Source of the DNA: an uncultured Bdellovibrionales bacterium
Lineage (GTDB): Bacteria > Patescibacteriota > Minisyncoccia > Moranbacterales > UBA1568
NCBI GenBank assembly: GCA_964594215.1
Contig: CAZQLN010000002.1
Location: forward strand, 41,855-105,854
Length of the DNA stretch: 64,000 nt
Reading direction: 5' to 3'
Position numbers and translations under genes: made by a program. Of the stretch, positions 20,485-31,204 are shown piece by piece. The notes beneath the pieces are model-generated. The model did no database searches. It was not told the origin of the DNA and saw only the letters and a program-made list of their open reading frames with translations. Within the stretch, counting starts at the first letter, position 1. The number at the start of each line of letters is the position of its first letter.

Positions 20485-21940
20485 ACCATTTACGTTTTCT
20501 TTTTTGTAATTGTACCACTGCAAAAGTTATAAGGGTTCCATACCAAAAGAAAAGTCCTGTGACAGAAATTTTTATTCCCTCTAGCTGTATCCAAGGGAAA
20601 CTTCCAAAGTACTCCGCAAAGTGAATTAAAATCCAAAGTACTCCATACACCGGAACTACAATAATTGGAAGTAACGCTGATGGCAGTAGCATTCCAAGCG
20701 GAAGAAGTGCTGATGTACCCAACATCGCTAGTGGCACTATGGGTAAAAGAACAATATTGGCGATAACTGAAAACCAGGTTAATGCTCCGAAATGATAAAC
20801 GATAAGCGGTAATATACAAGCCTCTACCCACAGGGTGGTTTTAAGGGCTATTAAGAGGCGCTCTCTCCATGTACGTTTTTCACTTCCATACTCAAAAGAA
20901 GAACAGAGAATTCCGACTAACGCCATGAATGAAAGCTGAAAACCAACGTCATAAAAAAGGAGTAGTGGATTATAGAGAAGCATGAGAAATGCTGCTATTA
21001 ACAATACCGCAAACCCCGAACTTTTTCTTCCAGTAGCCAGAGCAAGAAAAAATAATAAGGCCATGCTCCCTGCCCGTACCGCTGAAGCTGGAGCTCCAAC
21101 AAAAATAATAAATGCCCAAACAACTATGCTCCCTAGAAAAATCTTTTGACGACGCCAGACACCTACATGGGCTAAAAAGAAAAAGGCGGCCCCTGCCACC
21201 AGTAAAATATTATACCCCGAGACAGCTACAATATGTGTCATGCCAATACGCTGAAAGTTTTCTCCTGCATCTTTGCTCAGATACTGATTTCCACCCAGGA
21301 TTAATCCTCTAGCGAGACCCAATTCTGGTTCAGGTAAAACCTTCGCTAACGTCTCTTCTGTTAGTATTCGACCTCGTCCAATAATACCGAGCCATCGTCC
21401 GAAATAGGTGGGTTCTAGACGCTGCCCTACTGCACCTTTTTTACAGATAAAACCGATCCCTTCTTTAGCCAGATACATCCGATAATCAAAGTCTTCTGAA
21501 AAATTTTTGACTCGTTCTGTTTGACAAGAAAAAAGAAAACTCTCTCCTACGCCGTATTGAGTCCCCAAAGGAGCCTGCCAAAGGATGTTCTGCCTACAAA
21601 TTTTTTCCCTACAATAACGTCTGAGATGAATTTCTTGATAGGCACTCTTCGTATTTGGGAAGTCTACAATGCTCACCCGTTCTTCCTCAAGCTTTGGAGC
21701 TACATCTGATTCATCCAAAATATCTCTCACCTGTTCTCCGCTCCAAAAAGAAAGCGTCACCCCAACAAAGAACATTAATAGGAGCGGTAATTTCTTACTC
21801 TGCCAAAGACTCGTATAGATCGATACTATTGCCAAACCAAAAATAAAAAGACCTCTATATTCAAACCAAGGTCCTAAAATAATACTCGCTCCACCTAAAA
21901 AACCTATCACCAAGGCTAATAAAAGAAAATGTGGATGCAT
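20456..21940 (-). CDS. comEC: ComEC/Rec2 competence channel (membrane part)
   Basis: GMTHIVAVSGYNI, ASAVRAG, DVGFQLSF; multi-TM. Confidence 0.92.
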   Translation of the reverse strand: MHPHFLLLALVIGFLGGASIILGPWFEYRGLFIFGLAIVSIYTSLWQSKKLPLLLMFFVGVTLSFWSGEQVRDILDESDVAPKLEEERVSIVDFPNTKSAYQEIHLRRYCREKICRQNILWQAPLGTQYGVGESFLFSCQTERVKNFSEDFDYRMYLAKEGIGFICKKGAVGQRLEPTYFGRWLGIIGRGRILTEETLAKVLPEPELGLARGLILGGNQYLSKDAGENFQRIGMTHIVAVSGYNILLVAGAAFFFLAHVGVWRRQKIFLGSIVVWAFIIFVGAPASAVRAGSMALLFFLALATGRKSSGFAVLLIAAFLMLLYNPLLLFYDVGFQLSFMALVGILCSSFEYGSEKRTWRERLLIALKTTLWVEACILPLIVYHFGALTWFSVIANIVLLPIVPLAMLGTSALLPLGMLLPSALLPIIVVPVYGVLWILIHFAEYFGSFPWIQLEGIKISVTGLFFWYGTLITFAVVQLQKRKRKWYAKAFLVDG

Positions 21941-21950
21941 ACACCCAAAA

Positions 21951-22394
21951 CTACACTTGCCCAAGAAACTTACGGAAACGCTCAAGACTCCCAAAAGACT
22001 TATAGACACTCGCGAAACGAACATAGGCCACCGGATCCTCTTCCTTGATGAGTTTCAAAACCGCATCACCGAGTTCACGACTGGTCATTTCTCTTTTTTG
22101 CTCTCCCTGCAGATAACTCTCTAATTCACCCAAAATACCCTCAATACTACTCTCAGCTCCAGGCCGTTTTTCGAAAGCCCGCCTCAGTCCACGCTCAATT
22201 TTAGATCGATCGTATGCTTCTTTAGTTCCATCTTTTTTGACAATCCAAAGCTCAAAACCCTCATACGTTTCGTACGTACTGAAGCGTTTCTGACACACCT
22301 CACATTCACGACGACGACGAATTACCTTCCCTTCCTGGGTAACACGGGAATCAACTACTTTAGTTTCTGAAGAGGGACAAAATGGACACTGCAT
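21951..22394 (-). CDS. nrdR: Transcriptional repressor NrdR
   Basis: MQCPFC, VVDSR, IRRRREC, ATP cone, VAYVRFASVY. Confidence 0.97.
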   Translation of the reverse strand: MQCPFCPSSETKVVDSRVTQEGKVIRRRRECEVCQKRFSTYETYEGFELWIVKKDGTKEAYDRSKIERGLRRAFEKRPGAESSIEGILGELESYLQGEQKREMTSRELGDAVLKLIKEEDPVAYVRFASVYKSFGSLERFRKFLGQV

Positions 22395-22434
22395 AGGACC
22401 TTTTACTTTGACTCTAGTATATCATTAGTTATTC

Positions 22435-22463
22435 AAAAAACCCCGCTTCAAGTAGCGGGGTTC
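22435..22463 (-). terminator. Terminator of ftsZ
   Basis: AACCCCGCT/AGCGGGGTT stem plus T-tract on the minus strand. Confidence 0.75.
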
Positions 22464-22473
22464 AAGTTCTTGG

Positions 22474-23745
22474 CTATTTCTTCATTTTCCTTCGAATGAA
22501 AGCTGGGATTTCTAAATCATCTTCTTCCGCAAGTTCTTTGGTCTCGACTCGCCCATTGGTAGAACGAGTTTGAATCTTTTCATCAATAATCATTACCGGC
22601 TGTTCCATCTTACGACTCGAGAAGGCAAAAATATCTTCCTCTTCTTCATAGCCAGCATCAGAAACCTCGGGAGTAGCTGTGATAGTTGGAATACTCTCGG
22701 TACGAGTTCGTTCTTGGGTACGCTCACGATGAGTTGTGGGGTTACTTGGTACTCGTGTAACCAAACCAGGTAAGGCATCCTTGGTACGAGGTAAATCAAA
22801 GCCCGTAGCTACTACGGTAATCTGAATTTCCCCTTTGCGGATCTGATCATCAGTCACAGCACCAAAAATAACCTTAGCGTTTGGATCAATCGTTTCGGTA
22901 ATAATATTAGCAGCCTCATTGATCTCAAGCATACCTATGTCAGAGCTACCTGAAATATTGAAGAGAACTCCCTTAGCTCCATCTATAGAAAGTTCCAGAA
23001 GGGGGCTATTGATAGCCGCTCTAGCAGCTTCAGTGGCACGGTTTTCACCAGAAGCAATACCGATACCCATAAGAGCGCTCCCGCTATCCTCCATAATAGC
23101 TCGAACGTCAGCAAAATCGACATTAACTTCTCCGGGGCGAGTGATCAAATCTGAAATACCTTGAACACCCTGTCTCAGAACATCATCTACAATACGAAAG
23201 GCATTTACGAGAGTGGTCTTACGATCGATAATTGAAAGAAGGCGATCATTTGGAATAGTAATCAGAGTATCAACCCGATCTTTAAGATTTTCTAAAGCTT
23301 CTTCAGCAATAGCTCGACGTTGTGATCCCTCAAAAGCGAATGGTTTTGTCACTACACCAACCGTGAGAGCTCCTAACTCTTTAGCCGTCTCCGCCACGAT
23401 AGGGGCAGCTCCACTACCGGTTCCCCCACCAAGTCCACAAGCCACAAATACCATATCAGAACCTTTCAGCACTTCTTGAATTTCATCACGGTTCTCTTCA
23501 GCAGCCTGACGGCCAACTTCTGGATTCATGCCAGCTCCAAGTCCCTTAGTAAGATTTTTACCCACATGCACTTTCTCTTGAGCCTTTGAATGGTGCAGTG
23601 CTTGGGCATCAGTATTAATAGCCACGAATTCAACACCCTTAATTTTAGCGTCGATCATTCGTGAAATAGCGTTTCCTCCAGAACCACCTACTCCCACTAC
23701 CTTAATTTTTGCAAACGTTTCGATGTCTGGTTTGATTTCAGCCAT
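22474..23745 (-). CDS. ftsZ: Cell division protein FtsZ
   Basis: [23 protein letters not shown]-terminal LEIPAFIRR. Confidence 0.99.
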   Translation of the reverse strand: MAEIKPDIETFAKIKVVGVGGSGGNAISRMIDAKIKGVEFVAINTDAQALHHSKAQEKVHVGKNLTKGLGAGMNPEVGRQAAEENRDEIQEVLKGSDMVFVACGLGGGTGSGAAPIVAETAKELGALTVGVVTKPFAFEGSQRRAIAEEALENLKDRVDTLITIPNDRLLSIIDRKTTLVNAFRIVDDVLRQGVQGISDLITRPGEVNVDFADVRAIMEDSGSALMGIGIASGENRATEAARAAINSPLLELSIDGAKGVLFNISGSSDIGMLEINEAANIITETIDPNAKVIFGAVTDDQIRKGEIQITVVATGFDLPRTKDALPGLVTRVPSNPTTHRERTQERTRTESIPTITATPEVSDAGYEEEEDIFAFSSRKMEQPVMIIDEKIQTRSTNGRVETKELAEEDDLEIPAFIRRKMKK

Positions 23746-23945
23746 ATATGTCCCCTGTTTAGGTGTTTAATAAAAATATTCTTCGACTAGCAATAATTTT
23801 TGTTTTACACTCTACCCTTGAGGGGCTCGCTACATTGAAACTCAAATTTAGCACATCAAGAGAAGGAGTGTCAAGACAGGCACCTACAAGAGAAAGTTGT
23901 ATTTTAGGCCTTTTTAAGGGCTTTTACTCAGATTTTCTATCCTGT

Positions 23946-25205
23946 TTAGGGAAGAAACTTAGTCGTCAACGCTTTTATTTTTTTGGCCATCCCCTGCATA
24001 CCTTCAGGCATTCGTTCCCAAACTTTACCAGCAGAAAATCCACTACTGCCACCACCAGCCTTCTCAGCATATAAAACAAGTCCAATAACCGTAGCAAATT
24101 CTGGATTATCTACTTCATCAAGAATACCTCCCAAAGATTTTGGATAGCCTACATGTACCGGCAACCGCAAAATCTGCTTAGCCACATCTACGGCACCAGG
24201 AAGTAGAGCTCCTCCGCCAGTAAGGATCGCTCCTCCAGGAAGAAGTCCTTCGCGTCCAATGTTGCGTAGTTCGGTATTTACGAAATCAAGTATTTCTTCC
24301 AAGCGCGCCTCAATAATTTCCGCTACATGGTGACGTGAAACCAGCTCATCTTCCTCTGAATCAAAAATACTCAGATCAATATCCTCTTTCTTAGAAACGT
24401 CCTTAGCCTCAGCTGTCCCATACTGCAATTTGACCGCTTCAGCAATTTCAATAGAGGTACGTAAGCCAATGGCGATATCATTGGTAATATGACTCGCACC
24501 AACAGGTAATACCGCTAAGTGGAGTAGGTCTCCATCTTCATAGACTGCAATAGACGTCGTGCTCCCTCCCATATTCACTAATACCGTACCAAGCTCCTTT
24601 TGCTTCAAAGTAAGAACCGCTTCAGCGGAAGCAATTGGTTCAGTAACCAAGTGTGTGGCCGCAGTACCGGCATGATCAAGACTACGCTCTATGTTTTTCA
24701 AGTGTGATGAACTCCCACTTACCACAAGAGCGTTCATTTCAAGGCGCACTCCACGCATACCCAAAGGATCTTTGATATTTTTAATATCATCAAGTCTATA
24801 ATCTTTGGGCACGACATGAATAATTTCTCGATTAAGTGGCATAGTTAGTCGAGCCTCTACTTCTTGCAGCACTCGCATCGTATCATCCTCTGTTACCTCA
24901 CCGTCAGCTCGGCCCACAGCTACTACTCCAAGAGCTTCTTGGCACAGTAGCTCTGCTCCACTAACACTGACCGCTGCCCGCTCAGCTGCGTGTCCTGCCA
25001 TGCGTTCTGCTTGCTCCAAAGCAACGTTAACAGCCTTAGCCACTGCTTCTATATCAACTACCGCTCCACGACGCATACCAAAAGAAGGCGTCTTACCAAC
25101 ACCAATAATTCGAAGCATTTCATCTTCTCCAAAACTTTGAGCAATTACTGCTCGTATCTGTGAAGATCCTATGTCAAGACCGACATAATAAGTGCCTTTG
25201 GGCAT
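23946..25205 (-). CDS. ftsA: Cell division protein FtsA
   Basis: GLDIGSS, PLGMRGVRLE, HITNDIA, IIEARLEEI, LTGGGA. Confidence 0.97.
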   Translation of the reverse strand: MPKGTYYVGLDIGSSQIRAVIAQSFGEDEMLRIIGVGKTPSFGMRRGAVVDIEAVAKAVNVALEQAERMAGHAAERAAVSVSGAELLCQEALGVVAVGRADGEVTEDDTMRVLQEVEARLTMPLNREIIHVVPKDYRLDDIKNIKDPLGMRGVRLEMNALVVSGSSSHLKNIERSLDHAGTAATHLVTEPIASAEAVLTLKQKELGTVLVNMGGSTTSIAVYEDGDLLHLAVLPVGASHITNDIAIGLRTSIEIAEAVKLQYGTAEAKDVSKKEDIDLSIFDSEEDELVSRHHVAEIIEARLEEILDFVNTELRNIGREGLLPGGAILTGGGALLPGAVDVAKQILRLPVHVGYPKSLGGILDEVDNPEFATVIGLVLYAEKAGGGSSGFSAGKVWERMPEGMQGMAKKIKALTTKFLP

Positions 25206-25311
25206 ATCTATTTGCAATCAAAAAATTTGGTTGCTCTAAAATTAAGAGCACCTCCCCTAGGCCACATTATACCCCGTTTTTGACAGCAGGCAAAGACAAT
25301 TGTGTTCTCTA

Positions 25312-25674
25312 CTAAACCTGAACCAAGAGATAGGGAAGAAAAATCAACACCCCAATAAGAAGGGCTACAAAAGATACGAGTAAAACTGCTCCCGCCATGA
25401 CATCCTTAACGATACGGGCGTACGGATGGACTCGTGGCTTCAGCATATCGATCACACGTTCAAGAGCTGTATTAGCAAGCTCCATACCCAACACCACGGC
25501 ACACATAGTAAGAAGTATACTCTTTTCAAGAAGGGAAAGTTCCAGCATAAATGAAAGGGCGAGTACTCCAAGAGCTACCCCGCTCTCAATTCTAAAGTTA
25601 CGTTCATGCAAAAAAGCATAGCGCAACCCATGGATAGCGAAGCGAAAACTTTTTGTGAGTCGATTTATATTCAT
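25312..25674 (-). CDS. dgkA: Diacylglycerol/undecaprenol kinase family protein
   Basis: SFRFAIHGL, ERNFR, ELANTALE, KDVMAGAV; follows ybeY. Confidence 0.9.
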   Translation of the reverse strand: MNINRLTKSFRFAIHGLRYAFLHERNFRIESGVALGVLALSFMLELSLLEKSILLTMCAVVLGMELANTALERVIDMLKPRVHPYARIVKDVMAGAVLLVSFVALLIGVLIFLPYLLVQV

Positions 25675-25688
25675 ATTTGTATCACTTA

Positions 25689-26147
25689 TCAAACTTCTTT
25701 GCTGAATTCCTGAGCTATTTCATCCTGAAGAGCAAACATTTCTTCTCCATGATCATACCCTAATAGATGAAGGATACCATGAGAAAAAATAAACGCCATT
25801 TCATGCTCTTCACTTACACCATCTTCCTCGGCAGCATGGATAATATATTCTGGATTGTAGATCAGATCCCCAAGCGTAAGCTCCTCACCGACCGGTAACA
25901 CTCCCTCCACTACCATACTCGCCTCATCACCAAAAGAAAGAATGTCAGTCACAGCGTCCTTACCTCGATACTCTCGATTGAGTTCCTGGATACGAGCCTC
26001 TGACACAGCAGCGACTCCTAGATAAATGTCTTTTGAACTTCCCCGAAACACCTCTAGCTTAGTAAGGGTCTTCTCAAAAATCTTTTCAAGAAGCTCATCA
26101 CTGAATGGTGTCTTCACTTCTGGTTCATGTACAAGAAAAAGTTTCAT
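25689..26147 (-). CDS. ybeY: rRNA maturation RNase YbeY
   Basis: LNREYRGKD, TDILSF, HGILHLLGYDH. Confidence 0.95.
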   Translation of the reverse strand: MKLFLVHEPEVKTPFSDELLEKIFEKTLTKLEVFRGSSKDIYLGVAAVSEARIQELNREYRGKDAVTDILSFGDEASMVVEGVLPVGEELTLGDLIYNPEYIIHAAEEDGVSEEHEMAFIFSHGILHLLGYDHGEEMFALQDEIAQEFSKEV

Positions 26148-26151
26148 CAAC

Positions 26152-26604
26152 TTAAGCGCTCAGTTTGGTAAGAAGCATTTCTCGGACACGGTCTCCACTT
26201 ACAGTTCCTCCCGCTTTTTTCATTACCATACCGGTGGCCTTACCGAGGTCAGCCTTATCATTGATATTATTTTCTGCGAGAACACCTTCGATAAGCTCAC
26301 TCAAAGACTCATCGCTCATTTCAGCCGGGAGATAGGCTGAAAGAATTGTTAATTCGAGCTCTTCTTGAGCAACAAGATCTGCGCGACCACCAGCACTGTA
26401 CTGAGTAATACTATCTTTACGTTGTTTAACCAGTTTTTTGATCACTGTCTCAATATCGGTCTCACTGAGTTCTTCCGCTGGTGTACGAGCATCAATAGCG
26501 TAGTTCTTGAGCGCACTCTGAAGAAGTCGCAGAGTATCACGCTTCTCAGTGTGGCCGCTTTTCATAGCTTCTTTTAGTTCAGTCATGATAGCTGCGTAGG
26601 TCAT
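26152..26604 (-). CDS. GatB/YqeY domain protein
   Basis: LKEAMKS, KQRKDSI..Y..GGRADL, YLPAEMS, DLGK; follows rpsU. Confidence 0.92.
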   Translation of the reverse strand: MTYAAIMTELKEAMKSGHTEKRDTLRLLQSALKNYAIDARTPAEELSETDIETVIKKLVKQRKDSITQYSAGGRADLVAQEELELTILSAYLPAEMSDESLSELIEGVLAENNINDKADLGKATGMVMKKAGGTVSGDRVREMLLTKLSA

Positions 26605-26704
26605 AGGTTTTTTGAATATCAATTACCTCTTTAGAGTAGCAAAACTCCTCACTTTTCGAAAGAAAAAGAAAACCCCGAATAGAACTATTCGAGGTATCTT
26701 CTTT

Positions 26705-26959
26705 CTAACGGTTCATCTTTTTCTTGATTTCACGCAGGGTTTCTTCATCGAACTTACCAAGCTTCTTCATACGGCCGATTTCCTTACGGATTTCCACTTT
26801 ATAGAGAGCTTCATTACGGCGTTTGTCCTTGCTTTTCAGAGGCTGATGGAAGCGTTTTTTACGTACTTGACGCAGTACTCCTGACTGCTGAACGCGTCGC
26901 GTAAAACGACGTATGAGGCTTTCAGGCGTTTCCTTCTCTTTCTTTTTTACTTGTATCAT
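26705..26959 (-). CDS. rpsU: 30S ribosomal protein S21
   Basis: E..ESLIRRFTRRVQQSGVL; precedes yqeY. Confidence 0.88.
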   Translation of the reverse strand: MIQVKKKEKETPESLIRRFTRRVQQSGVLRQVRKKRFHQPLKSKDKRRNEALYKVEIRKEIGRMKKLGKFDEETLREIKKKMNR

Positions 26960-27057
26960 ACGGAGGACCTCCTTCTAGAATTTTTGGGTGAACCCAATAT
27001 ATCATAATTTCGCCGTTCTTGCAAGAGTACTCCACTCGCTCTCTTTAACCACCTTTT

Positions 27058-27405
27058 CTAGGCCACTATTTTAGAACCGAGAAACTTACCTCCAATAAGG
27101 TGCAAGTGCAGATACTTTACTTCGCGCCCACTATTATCACCGCTATTGGTAACCAGGCGATACCCGGTTTCAGCCACACCGAGCTTAACTGCCATATCAC
27201 GAGCCACAAGGTGCATTTTTCCGATGAGAAGAGCGTCTTCATCTTCCATCTTAGCAATACTTTCAATCGGACGTTTAGGAATAATTAAGACATGAACAGG
27301 GGCTACTGGATGAATATCTCGAAGCACCATCACCTCATCATCCTCATAAAGAATATCTGCAGGAATTTCATGACGAATAATTTTGTCGAAGAGGGTATCT
27401 TCCAT
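27058..27405 (-). CDS. Histidine triad (HinT) nucleotide-binding protein
   Basis: LFDKII, DIHPVAPVHVLIIPK, HLHL-IGG (first His of the triad is Tyr). Confidence 0.9.
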   Translation of the reverse strand: MEDTLFDKIIRHEIPADILYEDDEVMVLRDIHPVAPVHVLIIPKRPIESIAKMEDEDALLIGKMHLVARDMAVKLGVAETGYRLVTNSGDNSGREVKYLHLHLIGGKFLGSKIVA

Positions 27406-27406
27406 A

Positions 27407-28834
27407 CTAGCCAACAAGAGTCTGATTAGCTTTCAAAAGTTTTTTTACTGAATCTACCAACATTACCTGAGTTACCGTTTCCTGGGTACCAGAGACCATA
27501 TCCTTGATAATAGCAGTTTCATCCAAAGCTTCTTTCTGACCAATAATAATCGTCACTTCAACACCTAGACGATTTGCTACTCGAAGCTGACTCTTGAGAC
27601 TACCTCGGCCAAAACTCTCAGCTAAGAGAACTCCATTTTTTTCGAGCTCAGAGAAAAGCTTGAGACTCTTCTTTTTAGCCATCTCACCTAATTGAGCAAG
27701 AAATACTTTCGGTTGCGGTGGGTGATAGGGTTTTACCTGAGTACGCTTCATCTCAATGACAATGCGATCTAAACCAAGAGCAAAACCAATCGCTGGTGTC
27801 GCTTCTCCTCCAAGGCCCTCAATCAAACGATCATAACGCCCTCCGCCTCCAAGTGAGTAATTCTTGCCATCCTTATCAGTTGAACGAATCTCGAATACTG
27901 TACGGGTGTAGTAATCAAGGCCACGAACCAGACGAGTGTTGATAGAGTACGGGAGCTCGAGTTCATCAAGATACTCAAGAAATTTCTTAAAGTGCTCACG
28001 TGATTCTGGATCGAGATAATCCAAAGACTGAGGTGCGTGGGCTGTAAGTTGGATACACTTATCTTCCTTACAATCAAGAATACGCATTGGATTGGTAGTC
28101 AAACGTAGACGACACTTCTCACATAATTTCTGTTTCTGACTCTCCAAGTATCGTACCAAGGCTTTTTCATAGTCTTTTCTGGTTTCAGGTGTACCGATAG
28201 AATTCACCTGAAATTCAATATTCTTAAGACCTAGTTGATTAACCACCCGAAATGCCAACTGAATTGTTTGAGCATCAAGAATGGGATCACTTTCACCAAA
28301 CATATCAAAATTAGCCTGCCAGTGTTCTCGATAACGTCCTTCCTGGGGACGATCATAACGAAAGATAGGGCCCATAGAAAAAAGCTTAATCGGCTTCGGC
28401 AAAACACCCATGCCATGTTCGATATAGGCCCGACAAAGACCGGCAGTCATTTCTGGACGAAGTGCTACCCGATCTCCTCCGCGCGTATTAAAAAGATAAA
28501 TTTCTTTATCAATAATGTCAGTTCCCGTACCTACACTACGAATAAAGAGATGAGCAAATTCTACTGTTGGCAGATCAATCCGACTAAATCCATATTCATG
28601 AGAAGCCGTAGTGAGAATTCTGCGAACACGCTCCCAATATGGCTGTTCGTCGGGTAAAATATCCCGCATACCCCGAAGTGTTTGTAATAGTACCTCCTCT
28701 TCAATGGGGGCCGCTTTAGTGGTTTTTAGAGTAGCCTTCTTGCTACTTGTGCTTTTCTTTATTCCACCCCGACCTGGTCGAGCTGAGGCAGCTGATTTCT
28801 TAGAAGCACTGGTGACTTTTTTTGCATTTGCCAT
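27407..28834 (-). CDS. hisS: Histidine--tRNA ligase
   Basis: [38 protein letters not shown]. Confidence 0.97.
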   Translation of the reverse strand: MANAKKVTSASKKSAASARPGRGGIKKSTSSKKATLKTTKAAPIEEEVLLQTLRGMRDILPDEQPYWERVRRILTTASHEYGFSRIDLPTVEFAHLFIRSVGTGTDIIDKEIYLFNTRGGDRVALRPEMTAGLCRAYIEHGMGVLPKPIKLFSMGPIFRYDRPQEGRYREHWQANFDMFGESDPILDAQTIQLAFRVVNQLGLKNIEFQVNSIGTPETRKDYEKALVRYLESQKQKLCEKCRLRLTTNPMRILDCKEDKCIQLTAHAPQSLDYLDPESREHFKKFLEYLDELELPYSINTRLVRGLDYYTRTVFEIRSTDKDGKNYSLGGGGRYDRLIEGLGGEATPAIGFALGLDRIVIEMKRTQVKPYHPPQPKVFLAQLGEMAKKKSLKLFSELEKNGVLLAESFGRGSLKSQLRVANRLGVEVTIIIGQKEALDETAIIKDMVSGTQETVTQVMLVDSVKKLLKANQTLVG

Positions 28835-28881
28835 AATATACACTCTTCACTGTTACAAAATTATGTGTTTCCTCTGTTGTA

Positions 28882-29490
28882 TCAAAAAACTTTAGCTTCT
28901 CCAAATGGCCAAGCTCTAAGCATTACTCTTCCCATAATAAATTCCTTACCTACTGGGCCAAAAGCTCGTGAATCATAACTAAAATCACGATTGTCCCCCA
29001 TCACAAAGTACTCATCTTCTCCAAGTGTTCGCGGTGACATATTCTCTAAAGTAGCGTCGCGTAACACGTAGGCTGATTCTTTAAGAACAAAACCCTCTGG
29101 TCGTTCATTGTTCTTAATAATCACTTGGTTATTCTTGATCTCAATAGTTTCACCAGGTAAACCAATGAGACGCTTGATGAAAAATTGATCCGGTTTCTTA
29201 GGATACCGGAAAACGATCGCTTCCTGTCTTGCTAGATTACGGAAATCGGAAAGTACAAGAGGGGCTTCTTTCGTACCCCCAAGGCGTACTTGTTTGTAGC
29301 CCAACTCACTGACGATAAGATACTGCCCATCTTCAAAATTAGGCTCCATACTCGATCCCTGAACAAAGAAGGGTTGGAACAAAAAGATACGAACCGGTAT
29401 AATAATAACTACCGCTAAGAGAAAGACTTTGACCAGCTCTACAATAAGAGCTTTTGTCCCAAGATACTCTTCTGCTCGTGTTTCTTCCAT
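28882..29490 (-). CDS. lepB: Signal peptidase I
   Basis: GSSMEP, FIKRLIGLPG, MGDNRDFSYDSR. Confidence 0.95.
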   Translation of the reverse strand: MEETRAEEYLGTKALIVELVKVFLLAVVIIIPVRIFLFQPFFVQGSSMEPNFEDGQYLIVSELGYKQVRLGGTKEAPLVLSDFRNLARQEAIVFRYPKKPDQFFIKRLIGLPGETIEIKNNQVIIKNNERPEGFVLKESAYVLRDATLENMSPRTLGEDEYFVMGDNRDFSYDSRAFGPVGKEFIMGRVMLRAWPFGEAKVF

Positions 29491-29602
29491 ATAAATAAAG
29501 TGGCTAAACTAAGCTCTACAGAGCCAACAGAAAAATAAACATCCCTATTTTCTCACGTTTTACGGCCTCTGGCAAGGGTTAGAACTAACTTCAAAAGTAC
29601 TT

Positions 29603-31204
29603 ATGGATGGAATTCGTCGACCAATACCAAAACCACCTGCTCCCTTCCCTCCAAAAGAACGAGTGGTATCTAAAATAGGCTCACCTACACCTCAAAGGAT
29701 TACTCTGGAGCCTCCCCTTAAAGACGTCCCTCTGTACACAAAGCGTCGCATTTTCTTGTGGCGACGAGGCCTACGTTATTTTTTTATTATCTTCGGAATT
29801 ATTATTCTTGGATTAGCAGGGATTACCGCTCTCCATTTCTCTAAAACCATAAATCAGATCCAACTAAAAACAGAAACTAGCCCTTCCTTTTTCTCTCAGG
29901 TAAGTACCCTCACTAGATCTCTTGGTAATGATCCCTTTGAAGGGCTTAAAAAAACTGATGACGGCAGAATTAATATTCTTCTCCTAGGAAGAGCAGGCGA
30001 ACACTACCCTGGCAAGAATCTGACAGACACTATTATCCTTCTCAGTATTGATGCTGGGACACGTAAAGTGGCTCTTATCTCTCTTCCCCGTGACTTATAC
30101 GTGACCCTACCAGAAGAACGCATATCTGCTAAAATTAACTCTCTCTACCAGTACGGTCTCTCACAAAATCAAAGCACTCGTGCCATAGAAAAAGCAGTCA
30201 CTAGCATTACCGGTGAGCCGCTTCACTACACATTTATTCTTGATTTTGATGGTTTTGAAAAAATTATCGATACCTTTGGCGGTGTAGACCTCGAAGTGGC
30301 TCGTGATATTTATGATGAACGCTATCCTGGCAAAAACTACAGCTATGAAACATTTGCTCTCGATAAAGGTTGGCACACCCTTGATGGTAAGACAGCTCTT
30401 AAGTACGTGCGTGAAAGACATGATGATCCAGAGGGTGATTTCGGACGAGCTAAGCGGCAGCAGCAGCTCCTAACGGCCTTGAAAGAAAAAGTCTTTGCTA
30501 ATTCACTCATTTCCAACATTAATGCCGTAAGCAGCCTACTTACTATTTTAGGTGACAGCGTTAAAACAAATGCTAGTCTCGGAGAAATGGAAAGTTTCTT
30601 GCGTCTGGCCAAAAAAATAGACACTCAAAATGTTGAAACTGTCGTCGTAGATGCCTGGAAACCAGAAAGTTTACTCCGCGTTTCTCATGTAGAACTTGGC
30701 GGTGTGCGTGCTTTTATTCTTCTTCCAAGAACGGGTAACTGGCAGGAAATCCAGGAATTGAGCCAAAATATCTTTTCTCACGAGCAAATCCTCAAAAGAA
30801 AAGCCGCTCTCAAAGAAGAGAATGCTTCTATCGCTATTCTCTATCGCAAGGAGAATAGTGCTCAAGCCAAACAAATACTTCAAATACTCGAAGAGGATTT
30901 TCCGGGCACACTCACACTGACGCCTATTGCTGACTATCAAGAATGGCCAGAAAAGAGTATGCTTTTAGAAAGGGTTCCATCAGAAAAGCTGTGGTCTCTA
31001 GATACCCTTCTTAAAAAACTCGCTCTTGAAAAGACTGAATTTCTCCCATTTACGCTTCTTACCGAAGAGAGTGATCTCAGCATAGTCGTCGGCGACAACG
31101 CTTCCTCATTTCTTCCAGACGATCTATCTTTCCAAGAAAATAATGACCCTGAGCCAAAAGAGGGTGATCCTCTCATCATTGAACAAACTGATTCAAGCCT
31201 ATGA
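29603..31204 (+). CDS. LCP (LytR-CpsA-Psr) family cell-wall glycopolymer ligase
   Basis: TM anchor; NILLLG, TDTIIL, SLPRDL, KINS, YVRERH, DFGRAKRQQ. Confidence 0.92.
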   Translation: MDGIRRPIPKPPAPFPPKERVVSKIGSPTPQRITLEPPLKDVPLYTKRRIFLWRRGLRYFFIIFGIIILGLAGITALHFSKTINQIQLKTETSPSFFSQVSTLTRSLGNDPFEGLKKTDDGRINILLLGRAGEHYPGKNLTDTIILLSIDAGTRKVALISLPRDLYVTLPEERISAKINSLYQYGLSQNQSTRAIEKAVTSITGEPLHYTFILDFDGFEKIIDTFGGVDLEVARDIYDERYPGKNYSYETFALDKGWHTLDGKTALKYVRERHDDPEGDFGRAKRQQQLLTALKEKVFANSLISNINAVSSLLTILGDSVKTNASLGEMESFLRLAKKIDTQNVETVVVDAWKPESLLRVSHVELGGVRAFILLPRTGNWQEIQELSQNIFSHEQILKRKAALKEENASIAILYRKENSAQAKQILQILEEDFPGTLTLTPIADYQEWPEKSMLLERVPSEKLWSLDTLLKKLALEKTEFLPFTLLTEESDLSIVVGDNASSFLPDDLSFQENNDPEPKEGDPLIIEQTDSSL

